A stretch of DNA of 64,000 nt from an uncultured Candidatus Saccharibacteria bacterium (lineage in GTDB: Bacteria > Patescibacteriota > Minisyncoccia > Phycocordibacterales > UBA9973), in the NCBI GenBank assembly GCA_964596395.1, contig CAZQSY010000003.1:25678-89677 (forward strand). The letters are read 5' to 3'. The number at the start of each line of letters is the position of its first letter. Position 1 is the first letter of the stretch. A program made the translations under genes and the position numbers. Of this stretch, positions 27,114 through 36,619 are shown piece by piece. The notes below the pieces were generated by a model. The model saw nothing but the letters and a program-made list of their open reading frames with translations. It was not told the DNA's origin and did not search any database.

Positions 27114-30100
27114 TTACTCTTTTTCGCTAAACTTTTCTAAGTTTACATCGAGCGCTAGCCCCCTCAGGTAATTAAGCAGCACGTTGAAAGAGGCCGGAGA
27201 ATTCGGCGGCTTGATTGCTTCATTTTTGATAATGGAGTCAAAGGTAGAAGACCTTCCCATAATGTCGTCCGATTTTATGGTAAGCATTTCCCGCAGAGTG
27301 TAAGCGGCGCCATACCCTTCCAGTGCCCACACTTCCATTTCTCCGAACCGCTGGCCTCCGCCCTGCGCTTTTCCGCCGAGCGGCTGCTGGGTTATCAGAG
27401 AGTAAGGTCCGATGGAGCGCATATGAATCTTGTCTTCCACCATGTGATGAAGTTTAAGCATGTACATATAGCCCACCGCCACGTCCTGCTCAAACGGCTC
27501 GCCGGTACGTCCGTCAAAAAGCTGCAGTTTGCCGTTTTCGGGAAGACCGGCCTTTTTCAGTTCTTCTTTGATTTCTTCGTGGCTCGCGCCCATAAAAGGA
27601 GGAACGACGGCCTGGTATCCCAGAGAGTTCGCGGCCATGCCTAAATGCATTTCAAGTATTTGCCCCAAGTTCATGCGGGAGGGAACGCCCAAGGGCGAAA
27701 GAATTATGTCTACGGGGGTGCCGTCGGCCGAGTACGGCATGTCTTCTTCCGGTAGAATTCTGGAGATGACTCCTTTGTTTCCGTGCCGGCCGGAAAGTTT
27801 GTCGCCCACGGAAACATTCCGTACCTGCGCCACTTCAATCACAATTTTCTTTATGATTCCAGCTTCCAGCGCGTGTCCCAAATCGCGGGAGAAAATTTTC
27901 ACGCCGATAATACGCCCGCGTTTGCCGTGCTCTACGCGCAAGGATGTGTCTTTCACATCTCTGGCTTTTTCCGCGAAAATCGAACGCAGTAATCTTTCTT
28001 CCGGCGTAAGTTCCGTCTCGCCTTTCGGGGTAATCTTGCCCACCAGGATATCGTTTTCCCTCACTTCCGCTCCTATCCGCACGATGCCGTCTTCGTCCAA
28101 ATCCTTCAGTTTAAGCTCCCCGACATTCGGAATATCTCTGGTAGTAACCTCCGGTCCCAGTTTTGTGTCTCGCACCAGGCAGGTAAACTCTTCAATATAA
28201 ATTGAGGTGAATTTGCTTTTCTTCACCAAACGCTCGGAGATTATTATGGCATCCTCATAGTTGTATCCAGACCAGGAAAGAAAAGCGACGAACACGTTTT
28301 GTCCGACCGAAATCTGTCCTCCGGTCGAGCTGGTAGTATCTGCCAACACGTCACCCTTTTTGACTTTCTGTCCCACGGACACAATCGGGCGCTGGTGAAA
28401 ACCGGCAAAGTTGTTGTTGCGCAGGAAATTTACTAGTGGATAAGTTTTTTCTGAATTGCCATTGACTGTGATTTTCCTGGCATCCAGATAGGCAACCACG
28501 CCGTCTTCTTCGTTTATTACCATCCGTCCGCTGGCGCGGGAAGCCAATGCCTCAACGCCGGTAGAGACAAGCGGGGCCTCCGGCAACACGCACGGCACCG
28601 CCTGCTTTTGCATATTGCTTCCCATGAGCGCGCGGTTGGCATCGTCATGGTCTAGGAAAGGAATCATAGAAGTCGCGATGGAAAAGGCCTGGTTCGGAGC
28701 GACATCTATGAAATCAACTTCTTCCCTGCTTATTGTGCCTGGTTCGGTTTTTATGCGGGCCGCGACTTTCTCGGCTGTGATTTTCCCGTCTCTATCGTAT
28801 GGCGTAACAGCGTGAGCAATCACGTACTTTTCTTCTTCAAGGGCGTTTAAGTACACCACCTCGCCGGTTATTTTTCCGTTTTTTACTTTCACATACGGGG
28901 TCTCGATTATGCCGAAATCGTTTATCTTCGCGTAAGTGGAAAGGTGAAGTATCAAACCGATGTTCGGACCTTCTGGGGTGTGTATCGGGCAAACCCTGCC
29001 GTAGTGCGAAGGATGCACGTCGCGCACTTCGAGCCCGGCCCGCTCGCGGGTCAGCCCGCCGGGGCCCAAGGCCGAGAGTGTGCGCAGATGCTCAAGTTCA
29101 GCCAAAATATTTTCCTGCAGCATGAACTGCGAAAGCTGGTTGGTGGTGAAAAATTCCTTGATGCGAGCCTGCAGAGGCCTTTGGTTTATGATGTGAATCG
29201 GCATGGCCGTATCCGCGTCTATGATAGACATCCTGTCCTGGATATTTCTCTTGATTTGCATCATGCCGGTGCGGAACTTTTGCTGCAGCATCTCGCCCAC
29301 GAAACGCACCCTCCTTTGCCCCAAGTGGTCTATGTCGTCCGAACCGGCTCCGGGAGTATTGTTAAGGGTGATTATGTTTGAAACGACCAATAGCATGTCT
29401 TCTTTTGAAATAGTCCGTCTGGTCAAATCCTTTTCATCCACCGTTTTGTCAAAGCGCTTGTTGAATCTGTATCTGCCAACCGGAGAAAGGTCATATCTTT
29501 CTTGGGTAAACAGAGAATCCACGAATTCCTTCGCGTTCTCGGCGGTAGCCAAATCCCCGTCGCGCAAGCGCTTGTATATCTCGACATAAGCGTCGCTTAC
29601 TGATTTAGAAGGGTCTTTCGCCAAGCATGCTTCAAGAACATCCTTGTGCGGAAAATTTTTATCCAATGCTTCGAGTATCGCCTCGTTCGTTTCGTAACCC
29701 ATGACACGCAAAAGCGCCGTGACGGGAAACTTTCTTTTCTTGTCGATGCGCACGTATATGCCCCCGTCCGATTCTGATTCTATTTCTATCCAAACCCCGC
29801 GGGCCGGAATAATTTTCGCGCCGAAAAACCTCCTGCCCTTGTTTTCAGATTCAGTGAAGAAAACGCCGAAACTCCTAGCAAGCTGCGGCACTATGATGCG
29901 CTCTACCCCGTTGATGATAAACGTGCCGTGCGGCGTCATGAGCGGCAACTCGGTCATGAATATTTCCTGCTCTTTCACCGTACCCAAAATTTTATTCGCG
30001 AGCTTTACTCTTGCCTTCAAAAGGCCCTGATATGAGAGCTTGTTCACCTTCGCCTCATTCTCGGTGGCATTCGGTTCGGAAAGCGAAAAAGACAGAAACT

Positions 30101-30281
30101 CCATTTCGAACTTTCTGCCTGAATAATCCGCAATCGGGGAAAACTCTTTAAAAACTTCTTTGACGCCTTCTTCAACCAGCCATTTGAAAGACCGGGTTTG
30201 GGCTTCCAGAAGGTCGGGAAATTTTATGAGAGGGTCTTTATGGCGAGAAAAATACTTCTTAGGAAGATTAAGTGTTTGCAT
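27114..30281 (-). CDS. rpoB: DNA-directed RNA polymerase subunit beta
   Basis: 'GRHGNKGVISRILP', 'FGEMEVWALEGYGAAYTLREMLTIKSDD', 1055 aa. Confidence 0.95.
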   Translation of the reverse strand: MQTLNLPKKYFSRHKDPLIKFPDLLEAQTRSFKWLVEEGVKEVFKEFSPIADYSGRKFEMEFLSFSLSEPNATENEAKVNKLSYQGLLKARVKLANKILGTVKEQEIFMTELPLMTPHGTFIINGVERIIVPQLARSFGVFFTESENKGRRFFGAKIIPARGVWIEIESESDGGIYVRIDKKRKFPVTALLRVMGYETNEAILEALDKNFPHKDVLEACLAKDPSKSVSDAYVEIYKRLRDGDLATAENAKEFVDSLFTQERYDLSPVGRYRFNKRFDKTVDEKDLTRRTISKEDMLLVVSNIITLNNTPGAGSDDIDHLGQRRVRFVGEMLQQKFRTGMMQIKRNIQDRMSIIDADTAMPIHIINQRPLQARIKEFFTTNQLSQFMLQENILAELEHLRTLSALGPGGLTRERAGLEVRDVHPSHYGRVCPIHTPEGPNIGLILHLSTYAKINDFGIIETPYVKVKNGKITGEVVYLNALEEEKYVIAHAVTPYDRDGKITAEKVAARIKTEPGTISREEVDFIDVAPNQAFSIATSMIPFLDHDDANRALMGSNMQKQAVPCVLPEAPLVSTGVEALASRASGRMVINEEDGVVAYLDARKITVNGNSEKTYPLVNFLRNNNFAGFHQRPIVSVGQKVKKGDVLADTTSSTGGQISVGQNVFVAFLSWSGYNYEDAIIISERLVKKSKFTSIYIEEFTCLVRDTKLGPEVTTRDIPNVGELKLKDLDEDGIVRIGAEVRENDILVGKITPKGETELTPEERLLRSIFAEKARDVKDTSLRVEHGKRGRIIGVKIFSRDLGHALEAGIIKKIVIEVAQVRNVSVGDKLSGRHGNKGVISRILPEEDMPYSADGTPVDIILSPLGVPSRMNLGQILEMHLGMAANSLGYQAVVPPFMGASHEEIKEELKKAGLPENGKLQLFDGRTGEPFEQDVAVGYMYMLKLHHMVEDKIHMRSIGPYSLITQQPLGGKAQGGGQRFGEMEVWALEGYGAAYTLREMLTIKSDDIMGRSSTFDSIIKNEAIKPPNSPASFNVLLNYLRGLALDVNLEKFSEKE

Positions 30282-30375
30282 CGGGTGCTCAAAACTAATT
30301 TAGCCTCCCTGGAGGCCTGTTAATTTATAAGGAGATGCACCCGAAACTCAATCAATCTCGTATCTCCGAGTATAC

Positions 30376-31056
30376 TCATTTCGTCTTTTTTGTCAAATTT
30401 GTTCTTCCCTTTTTCCACCCCTCGATTTTTTTGTGATTGCCGGAAAGAAGAACCTTCGGGACGCGGTAGTTTTTTCCTTTGTGCTTTAGAATTTCAGGGC
30501 GGGTGTAGACCTCGCTCGAAGAAATCCGCTCTTCTTCGAGAGATTCATGTTTGCCCAGCACGCCGGGAATCTGGCGGGCGATGCAATCGATTAAAACCAT
30601 GGCCGGCAATTCCCCGCCGGTAAGCACGTAGTCGCCGATTGAAATTTTCTTGGTTTTGAAAATTTTATCAACCCTCGCGTCAACACCTTCGTACCGGCCG
30701 CAAATCATAATTATGTCGGTATACTTCCTGGAAAATTTTTTAGCCAGAACGGTCGTAAATCTGGGAGCGCTCCAAACAAAATTCAGAACCAAAATTTTAT
30801 TTTTGGGTTTGGAGATTTTTCCGAGCACGAAATCCAGGGTTTTTATCAAGGGTTCCGCCCGCATTACCATACCCGGTCCCCCGCCGTACGGCCGGTCGTC
30901 GACCGGACGGTAATTATTCTTTGGGGCTTTGATAAAATCGCGCGGATTGTAAAATTTCACCGACACGAGTTTCTTCTCCACGGCCCGTCCTAAAATCGAC
31001 TCTCCCAGATAAGAATCAAAGGCCTCGGGAAAAATTGTGATTATGTGAAAGCGCAT
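30376..31056 (-). CDS. trmD: tRNA (guanine37-N1)-methyltransferase
   Basis: 'MRFHIITIFPEAFDSYLGESILGRA', 'VDDRPYGGGPGMVMRAEPL', 'MICGRYEGVDARV'. The start is probably at MRFHII (31056), not the track's 31065. Confidence 0.85.
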   Translation of the reverse strand: MRFHIITIFPEAFDSYLGESILGRAVEKKLVSVKFYNPRDFIKAPKNNYRPVDDRPYGGGPGMVMRAEPLIKTLDFVLGKISKPKNKILVLNFVWSAPRFTTVLAKKFSRKYTDIIMICGRYEGVDARVDKIFKTKKISIGDYVLTGGELPAMVLIDCIARQIPGVLGKHESLEEERISSSEVYTRPEILKHKGKNYRVPKVLLSGNHKKIEGWKKGRTNLTKKTK

Positions 31057-31060
31057 AAAA

Positions 31061-31095
31061 AACAAACCCCGTCGCTCGCAAGCGACAGGGTTGTT
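31061..31095. repeat. hairpin containing the 13-mer CCCCGTCGCTCGC (shared with the 53540 palindrome)
   Basis: AACAAACCCCGTCGCTCGCAAGCGACAGGGTTGTT forms a ~15-bp imperfect stem. On the minus strand it is followed by a U-run (terminator-like), and it sits between the KH-protein gene and trmD. Confidence 0.5.
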
Positions 31096-31102
31096 TATAG
31101 AA

Positions 31103-31441
31103 CTATATTCCCTTCAAATCTTCCATGGCCTGGTCGACGGTCTTGGTCGCTTGGCTCGGGCCCATCGGCCTCTCCGCCCGCATGCCGCCCTCCGGCTCGT
31201 TAATCTTCAGATTCACCCGAGCATTGTTCTTCATGCCGATGATGCGAAGAAGGGTGCGAATGGCTTTTGCCGTGTTGCCCATTCTTCCGATAATTTTCCC
31301 CATGTCCGCCGGGTTTACGGTGAGGGTTATGAGAACACCCATTTCATCTACCGTGCGTTCAATCTTCACATCGTTCGGGTTATCTACTAATGCCTTTACT
31401 ACGTATTCCAGAAATACCTTGTCAGCGTCCTGTTCATGCAT
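31103..31441 (-). CDS. KH-domain RNA-binding protein (YlqC/UPF0109-like)
   Basis: 'IIGRMGNTAKAIRTLLRIIG' is the GxxG KH motif. It sits in the conserved position between rpsP and trmD. Confidence 0.7.
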   Translation of the reverse strand: MHEQDADKVFLEYVVKALVDNPNDVKIERTVDEMGVLITLTVNPADMGKIIGRMGNTAKAIRTLLRIIGMKNNARVNLKINEPEGGMRAERPMGPSQATKTVDQAMEDLKGI

Positions 31442-31583
31442 AACGCAAAAAATACTTTTAAAGTTTTTAATGTTCCGCAGCGTTCCGACCCAAAGTTATT
31501 TGGCGCTGCTTGCGAGTAATTATATACAACTCGCCAGACGAGGGCAAGCGCTTGGAATTTTTTTGGGGATTTTTAGAGAAAAA

Positions 31584-31898
31584 TTATTTTTTAGCCGCCA
31601 GTTCTTTTCTTTTCTGCGTGGGCTTTTTCCTCGGTAAAACGTTCAGCTTTTTTCCTTCGATAATCCCCTTGCTCACCATGAAATTATGCATAGTGTCCGA
31701 AAGCTTGGCGCCTTTAGAGAGCCAGTATTTTATTTTCTCGGACTGAAAAGACGTTTCTCCGGATTTCGGGTTATAAGTTCCCACCACTTCCAAGAATTTT
31801 CCGCTTTTGGTGCTGTTTTTTGAATCAGTCAAGACCACCCGGAAAGAAGGGTCGTTTTTCCTGCCGATTCTCTGTAATCTGATTTTTAGCATAGGCAC
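31584..31898 (-). CDS. rpsP: 30S ribosomal protein S16
   Basis: 'MLKIRLQRIGRKNDPSFRVVLTDSKNSTKSGKFLEVVGTYNP' compares well with the bS16 N-terminus ([25 protein letters not shown]...G.FIE.VG.YNP). The start is probably at MLKIRL (31892). Confidence 0.85.
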   Translation of the reverse strand: MPMLKIRLQRIGRKNDPSFRVVLTDSKNSTKSGKFLEVVGTYNPKSGETSFQSEKIKYWLSKGAKLSDTMHNFMVSKGIIEGKKLNVLPRKKPTQKRKELAAKK

Positions 31899-31979
31899 AT
31901 ACTAACACAAGCGACAAAAAAGGCAAACTGCCGAGCGTTCCGCCTGACGCAGGCAAAACCATATGTTATATTATCTTAA

Positions 31980-33911
31980 ATGGCCAGAAAAAACGCACCC
32001 AATAAAACCGCGACCGGAATCATGTATGTCACCTCTAAAGGAACCGGCTACGTGAAAATCCCCGAACAAAAAGAAGACGTGGAAGTCGATTCCGCACGCT
32101 TAAACACGGCGTTAAACGGCGATACTGTTCTGGTTTCCTTGTATTCCAGGAGCGGCAAACGCCCGGCCGGTGAAGTCCTAAAAATAATTTTGCGCGCCAA
32201 AACCGGCTTCTCGGGCGTACTGCGAAAGGAAAACGGTCTCTACTTTTTAAGGCCGGACGATACAAAGATGTACGCCGATATATTAATCTCCCAAGAAGGC
32301 CTCGCAGGTGCCCGGGCCGGAGAAAAAGTCTACGTCGAGATGACTTCCTGGCGAGACCCTAAACAGAACCCGACGGGGAAAATAATAAAAATCCTGGGCG
32401 TGCCCGGCGACAATGATACCGAAATGAAAGCCATAGCGATGGAAAAAGGATTCGACGACAAACTGCCGAAAGCGGCGCAAAACGAAGCCAAAAAAGCAGA
32501 AAAACTCTCGGGTAGCAGGAGTGACTTGTCGGAAAGGAGGGACTTCCGAAAAATTCTAACCTTTACCATAGACCCTGAAAATGCCAAGGACTTTGACGAC
32601 GCGATATCGATAAAAGAAGCGGGCGCCGGCAAATGGGAGGTAGGGGTGCATATCGCGGACGTCACGCATTACGTGAAAGAAGGAAGCGAGCTGGATAAAG
32701 AGGCGCTCAAAAGAGGCACTTCAGTCTACCTGGTAGACAGAACCATACCAATGCTTCCGGAAATCCTTTCAAACGACGTGTGTTCGCTCGTCCCAAACCA
32801 AGACCGGCTCACCATGAGCGCGGTTTTCGTCCTAGATAAAAACGCGCGCGTGCTCGATGAATGGTACGGCAAAACGGTAATCCGCTCCCAAAAAAGATTT
32901 ACCTATGAAGAAGCAGAAGACGCGATAAAAAACTCTTCTGCGGTCTATCACGGGGAGCTTTCCATTTTGAACGAACTGGCAAAAAAGATGAGGAAGGAGA
33001 GATTCAGGAAAGGCGCCATTTCTCTCGACCAGGAGGAAGTAAAATTTATTCTGGATGAAAAAGGAACGCCGATAAAAATTTCAAAAAAAATGCGCGGGGA
33101 TTCCAGCCGGATGATAGAAGAATTCATGCTCCTGGCAAATCAAAAAGTGGCCGGGAAAATTTCTCTGGCTTCCGGCGAATCGGGCCAGGCGAAAGAAGTG
33201 TTCGTCTACCGGGTGCACGACAAACCAAGTAAAGAAAAAATGAATGAGCTTTGCCTGTTTCTCTCGGGAATGGGATACAAAGTTCCGATGAAAAACGGAA
33301 TCGTCCCGGCGAACGTAATCAACAGTTTACTCGAAGAACTTGCCGGTAAAAACGAAGAAGATGCCGTTCAGCGAGCGGTGGTTCGTTCCATGGCTAAAGC
33401 TGTTTACTCCACCAAAAACATCGGGCACTATGGCCTGGCTTTCAAACATTACGCGCATTTCACTTCGCCAATCCGCAGGTATCCCGACATGATTGCGCAC
33501 CGGCTCCTGTACGATTATCTGCAGGGTAAAAAAACCGGCCGGGAAAAAATTCGCGCCTATCAGGAAATCGCGGAAAGGTGCTCGGAGCGGGAAAAACAGG
33601 CAGGCGAAGCGGAAAGGGCTTCCATAAAATACAAACAGGCGGAATACATGTTCCCGCGTGTGGGGAAAATTTTCGGGGGAATCGTCTCGGGCGTTACAGA
33701 GTGGGGCATCTATGTCGAAGAAAAAGACACGAAGTGCGAAGGCCTGGTGAGAGTGCGGGACATGGCCGACGATTTTTACGCTTTTAACGAGAAAAAATCT
33801 GAAATGGTCGGACAGAAAAAAGGCAAGAAATACCGCCTGGGCACCGAGGTGAAAGTAAAAGTGAAGAACGTTGATTTGGAAAGGAAAAACATCGACTACG
33901 TGCTGATATGA
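31980..33911 (+). CDS. rnr: ribonuclease R / RNase II-family 3'-5' exoribonuclease
   Basis: N-terminal cold-shock-like OB folds. The RNB catalytic region 'LTFTIDPENAKDFDDAISIKEAG...WEVGVHIADVTHYV' and 'HYGLAFKHYAHFTSPIRRYPDMIAHR' is present. A C-terminal S1 domain follows. Confidence 0.85.
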   Translation: MARKNAPNKTATGIMYVTSKGTGYVKIPEQKEDVEVDSARLNTALNGDTVLVSLYSRSGKRPAGEVLKIILRAKTGFSGVLRKENGLYFLRPDDTKMYADILISQEGLAGARAGEKVYVEMTSWRDPKQNPTGKIIKILGVPGDNDTEMKAIAMEKGFDDKLPKAAQNEAKKAEKLSGSRSDLSERRDFRKILTFTIDPENAKDFDDAISIKEAGAGKWEVGVHIADVTHYVKEGSELDKEALKRGTSVYLVDRTIPMLPEILSNDVCSLVPNQDRLTMSAVFVLDKNARVLDEWYGKTVIRSQKRFTYEEAEDAIKNSSAVYHGELSILNELAKKMRKERFRKGAISLDQEEVKFILDEKGTPIKISKKMRGDSSRMIEEFMLLANQKVAGKISLASGESGQAKEVFVYRVHDKPSKEKMNELCLFLSGMGYKVPMKNGIVPANVINSLLEELAGKNEEDAVQRAVVRSMAKAVYSTKNIGHYGLAFKHYAHFTSPIRRYPDMIAHRLLYDYLQGKKTGREKIRAYQEIAERCSEREKQAGEAERASIKYKQAEYMFPRVGKIFGGIVSGVTEWGIYVEEKDTKCEGLVRVRDMADDFYAFNEKKSEMVGQKKGKKYRLGTEVKVKVKNVDLERKNIDYVLI

Positions 33912-35803
33912 GAAAAACAAGAGAAAAATTAAGGACTGCCGGTTGGACGATTTTTTCAGTTGGTCTGGGGGTACTGCTGGCTCATTTGGGTTCCGTCAGC
34001 GCCGGATATCAAAAAATAATTCCGGCAGCGGAAAACGTGGCGTTCGTCTCACCCGACACTAAAATCACAGACAGCGGTGAATCTTCTTCCCAGTATTTCT
34101 ATTTCACCAAAAACCCCAAACAACATCCGAGGGTATCTGCCCCTTCATACCTGGTCGGGGATTTGGATACCGGCGAAGTGATACTTTCAAACGGAAACGA
34201 CAAAACCTTCCCCATAGCGTCGGTAACCAAGCTTATGACCGCGCTAGTTGCTTCAAACTGGGCGGAAGAAAAAGACGCGGCTCTGGTTTCTAAGAAAGCG
34301 CTGGCCACTTACGGACGGAACGGCGGTCTGCGCGCCGGAGAAAAAGTAAAAGTGTCCGACCTACTGTATCCCCTGCTTCTGGAATCGAGCAACGACGCGG
34401 GAGAAGTGCTGGCCGAACATTTCAAGAGAGAGGACTTCGTCAGAGAAATGAATCTAAAAGCCATAGAGCTCGGCATGCTCAAAACCGAGTTTGAAGACCC
34501 GAGCGGCCTCTCCGCCAAAAACCAATCGACAGTTTTGGATTTATTCAAGCTGGCTTCGCACATAAACAAAGAATTGCCTGAACTGCTTCAAGTCACAACC
34601 AAAAGAAGCTATTTCACCGATAAACACAAATGGTTTTCAAACAATCAATTTCTGTCAGAAGAAGGATACTTGGGAGGCAAGAGCGGCTACACCGTCCCGG
34701 CCGGGCAAACGGTCGTTTCACTTTTTTCGGTTCCTTTGTCTGAAGAAGGCGCGCGGAATGTAGCTATAACCCTGCTCCAAAGCAAAGACCGCAAAAAAGA
34801 CGTTGAGAATATCCTGAAGTATTTGAATAAAAACATTTATTACGGCACTGAAGCCGATGCCGACACACTCTGGGTAAAGCGTAAAAGCGATATCGTGAAC
34901 GGCTCTTACGACCAAGATTTCGTCACTCTGGTTTTTGGCGGAGACATAATGCTTGACCGCGGAGTGCGAAATTCAGTAAACAAAAATTTCGGCGGCGACT
35001 ATTCTTCGCTGTTCGAAAACCTTCTTTCCTTAAAGAGAGCCGATATTTCTTTCGCCAACCTCGAAGGCCCGGCATCCGGGGAAGGCACCGACCAACGCAA
35101 CTTGTATTCTTTCAGAATGGACCCTGGGGTGATACCGGCGCTTAAGGGAGGAGGCATATCAATTGTCTCCGCCGCCAACAATCACGTCGGGGATTGGGGC
35201 CGCGACGCCTACACCGATACTTTAAAACGGCTTCAGGAAAATGAAATTCTTTACGCCGGCGGCGGAATGAGCGCGGCAGAAGCGGAACAGCCCGCGGTAA
35301 TTGAAAAATACGGAATGAAAATCGGATTCTTGGGATTTTCCGACGTCGGGCCGAATTGGATGAAGGCAGAGGAAGATAAGGCTGGAATTCTGCTCGCCAG
35401 CAATCCGCGATTCGAAGAAATCATAAAAAGCGCCGCCAGGCAGGTTGACTACCTCGTCGTTTCTTTCCATTTCGGAGAAGAGTACAAAGAAAAACACAAC
35501 GAACGGCAGGAAAATCTGGCGCATCGCGCCGTAGACGCCGGCGCAAAAATCGTGGTCGGCCACCACCCGCACGTGGCGCAAGACGTCGAAGTGTATCGGG
35601 ACGGCTTTATCGCCTACTCGCTCGGCAATTTCATTTTTGACCAGGGATTTTCAGAAAAAACGATGCAGGGCATGCTGCTAGAGGCAAAACTCTGGAAGAA
35701 CGGAGATATGACTGTGCGCAAAAACACCGTGAAGCTCAACAAATTCTTCCAGCCCGAAAGAGTGATAAACGGCAAGGAGGAGAGAATAAAGTTTGAGGAG
35801 TGA
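33908..35803 (+). CDS. fusion protein: N-terminal S11 D-alanyl-D-alanine carboxypeptidase (PBP5-like) plus C-terminal CapA/PGA_cap-like metallophosphoesterase
   Basis: Signal/TM (WTIFSVGLGVLLAHLGSVSAG). SxxK 'IASVTKLMT' and SxN 'LESSNDA' are the S11 motifs. The second half, 'LVFGGDIMLDRGV...ANLEGP...VSAANNHVGDWG...VVSFHFGEEY...VVGHHPHVAQ...GNFIFDQ', matches the CapA-type calcineurin-like phosphoesterase pattern. Confidence 0.65.
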   Translation: MRKTREKLRTAGWTIFSVGLGVLLAHLGSVSAGYQKIIPAAENVAFVSPDTKITDSGESSSQYFYFTKNPKQHPRVSAPSYLVGDLDTGEVILSNGNDKTFPIASVTKLMTALVASNWAEEKDAALVSKKALATYGRNGGLRAGEKVKVSDLLYPLLLESSNDAGEVLAEHFKREDFVREMNLKAIELGMLKTEFEDPSGLSAKNQSTVLDLFKLASHINKELPELLQVTTKRSYFTDKHKWFSNNQFLSEEGYLGGKSGYTVPAGQTVVSLFSVPLSEEGARNVAITLLQSKDRKKDVENILKYLNKNIYYGTEADADTLWVKRKSDIVNGSYDQDFVTLVFGGDIMLDRGVRNSVNKNFGGDYSSLFENLLSLKRADISFANLEGPASGEGTDQRNLYSFRMDPGVIPALKGGGISIVSAANNHVGDWGRDAYTDTLKRLQENEILYAGGGMSAAEAEQPAVIEKYGMKIGFLGFSDVGPNWMKAEEDKAGILLASNPRFEEIIKSAARQVDYLVVSFHFGEEYKEKHNERQENLAHRAVDAGAKIVVGHHPHVAQDVEVYRDGFIAYSLGNFIFDQGFSEKTMQGMLLEAKLWKNGDMTVRKNTVKLNKFFQPERVINGKEERIKFEE

Positions 35804-35807
35804 AAAA

Positions 35808-36596
35808 TTATTTCTTATATTCTTTTAGAACATCAAGGATCTCTTTGAGTATGGGAGCGCTGTTGCTTGCTATGAAAATCCTATTGGTATCGTCGGTCTC
35901 GGGATTGCCGTCAAAATCTGTAATCAACGCCCCGGCTTCCCGGCAAATCAGCTTGCCAGCCGAGAAATCATAAAGCTCCGCATTGTTATTGATAACCGCT
36001 TCGGCTTTTCCTGAAGCAAGCATGCAAAAATCAAAAGTGGGAGACCAATTATGCATTACCCTTTTTGTTTCTTTCGCATATAAATCAATAGTTACCTGTT
36101 GAGCTTTATTGGTAAAATAATTCTTGTAATCGTTGTTACAACAAATAGTAGCCCGCTTTATATCTGTCTCGCCGCTTACTTTCAGTTTCCTGCCATCGCA
36201 ATACGCGCCCTTGCCTTTCTCCGCGCAATAGATGTTGTCAATAACCGGGCTGTAAATTACTCCCGCGATTATTTCTTTCCCGAAAAGCAAGCCGATGGAA
36301 ACGGAGAAATTCGGAATCCCAAGCACAAAATTGTTTGTTCCGTCAAGCGGGTCAATGACAAAGGTATACTCTGAACCGTTGTCCGCGCTTCCCTCTTCTT
36401 CCGAATAGATGCTGTAATCGGGAAAATCTTTTTTAAGGGCGTAAATTATCGCCTCTTCCGATTCCAGGTCGGCCTTCGTTTTAAAATCGGCCGCATTCGT
36501 TTTCTGCGAAACCTCCAAGCTTTGGCCGAAATATTTGTTCAGTATCAGGCCTCCCACTTTCGCGGCTTCAATCATATTTTTCAAGGTTTTGCCCAT
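35808..36596 (-). CDS. inositol monophosphatase family protein (SuhB/IMPase-like)
   Basis: 'FVIDPLDGTNNFVLGIP' is the metal-binding motif of the IMPase/FBPase family. 'WSPTFDFCMLASGKAEAVI' is the second conserved stretch. Confidence 0.75.
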   Translation of the reverse strand: MGKTLKNMIEAAKVGGLILNKYFGQSLEVSQKTNAADFKTKADLESEEAIIYALKKDFPDYSIYSEEEGSADNGSEYTFVIDPLDGTNNFVLGIPNFSVSIGLLFGKEIIAGVIYSPVIDNIYCAEKGKGAYCDGRKLKVSGETDIKRATICCNNDYKNYFTNKAQQVTIDLYAKETKRVMHNWSPTFDFCMLASGKAEAVINNNAELYDFSAGKLICREAGALITDFDGNPETDDTNRIFIASNSAPILKEILDVLKEYKK

Positions 36597-36619
36597 GGCT
36601 ATAATTTTAAATTTTTAAC

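Noticed and set aside
26424-28200. Several 100-220-aa ORFs antisense to, or out of frame within, rpoC/rpoB (e.g. 26424-26927 -, 27529-28200 +). Similar ones lie within smc (37110-38060 +), gyrB (43427-43861 +) and the helicase (51070-51687 +).
   Set aside because: They are embedded in long, motif-rich housekeeping genes on the other strand or frame. They have Arg/Ser/Pro-rich composition typical of spurious ORFs in GC-containing coding DNA.
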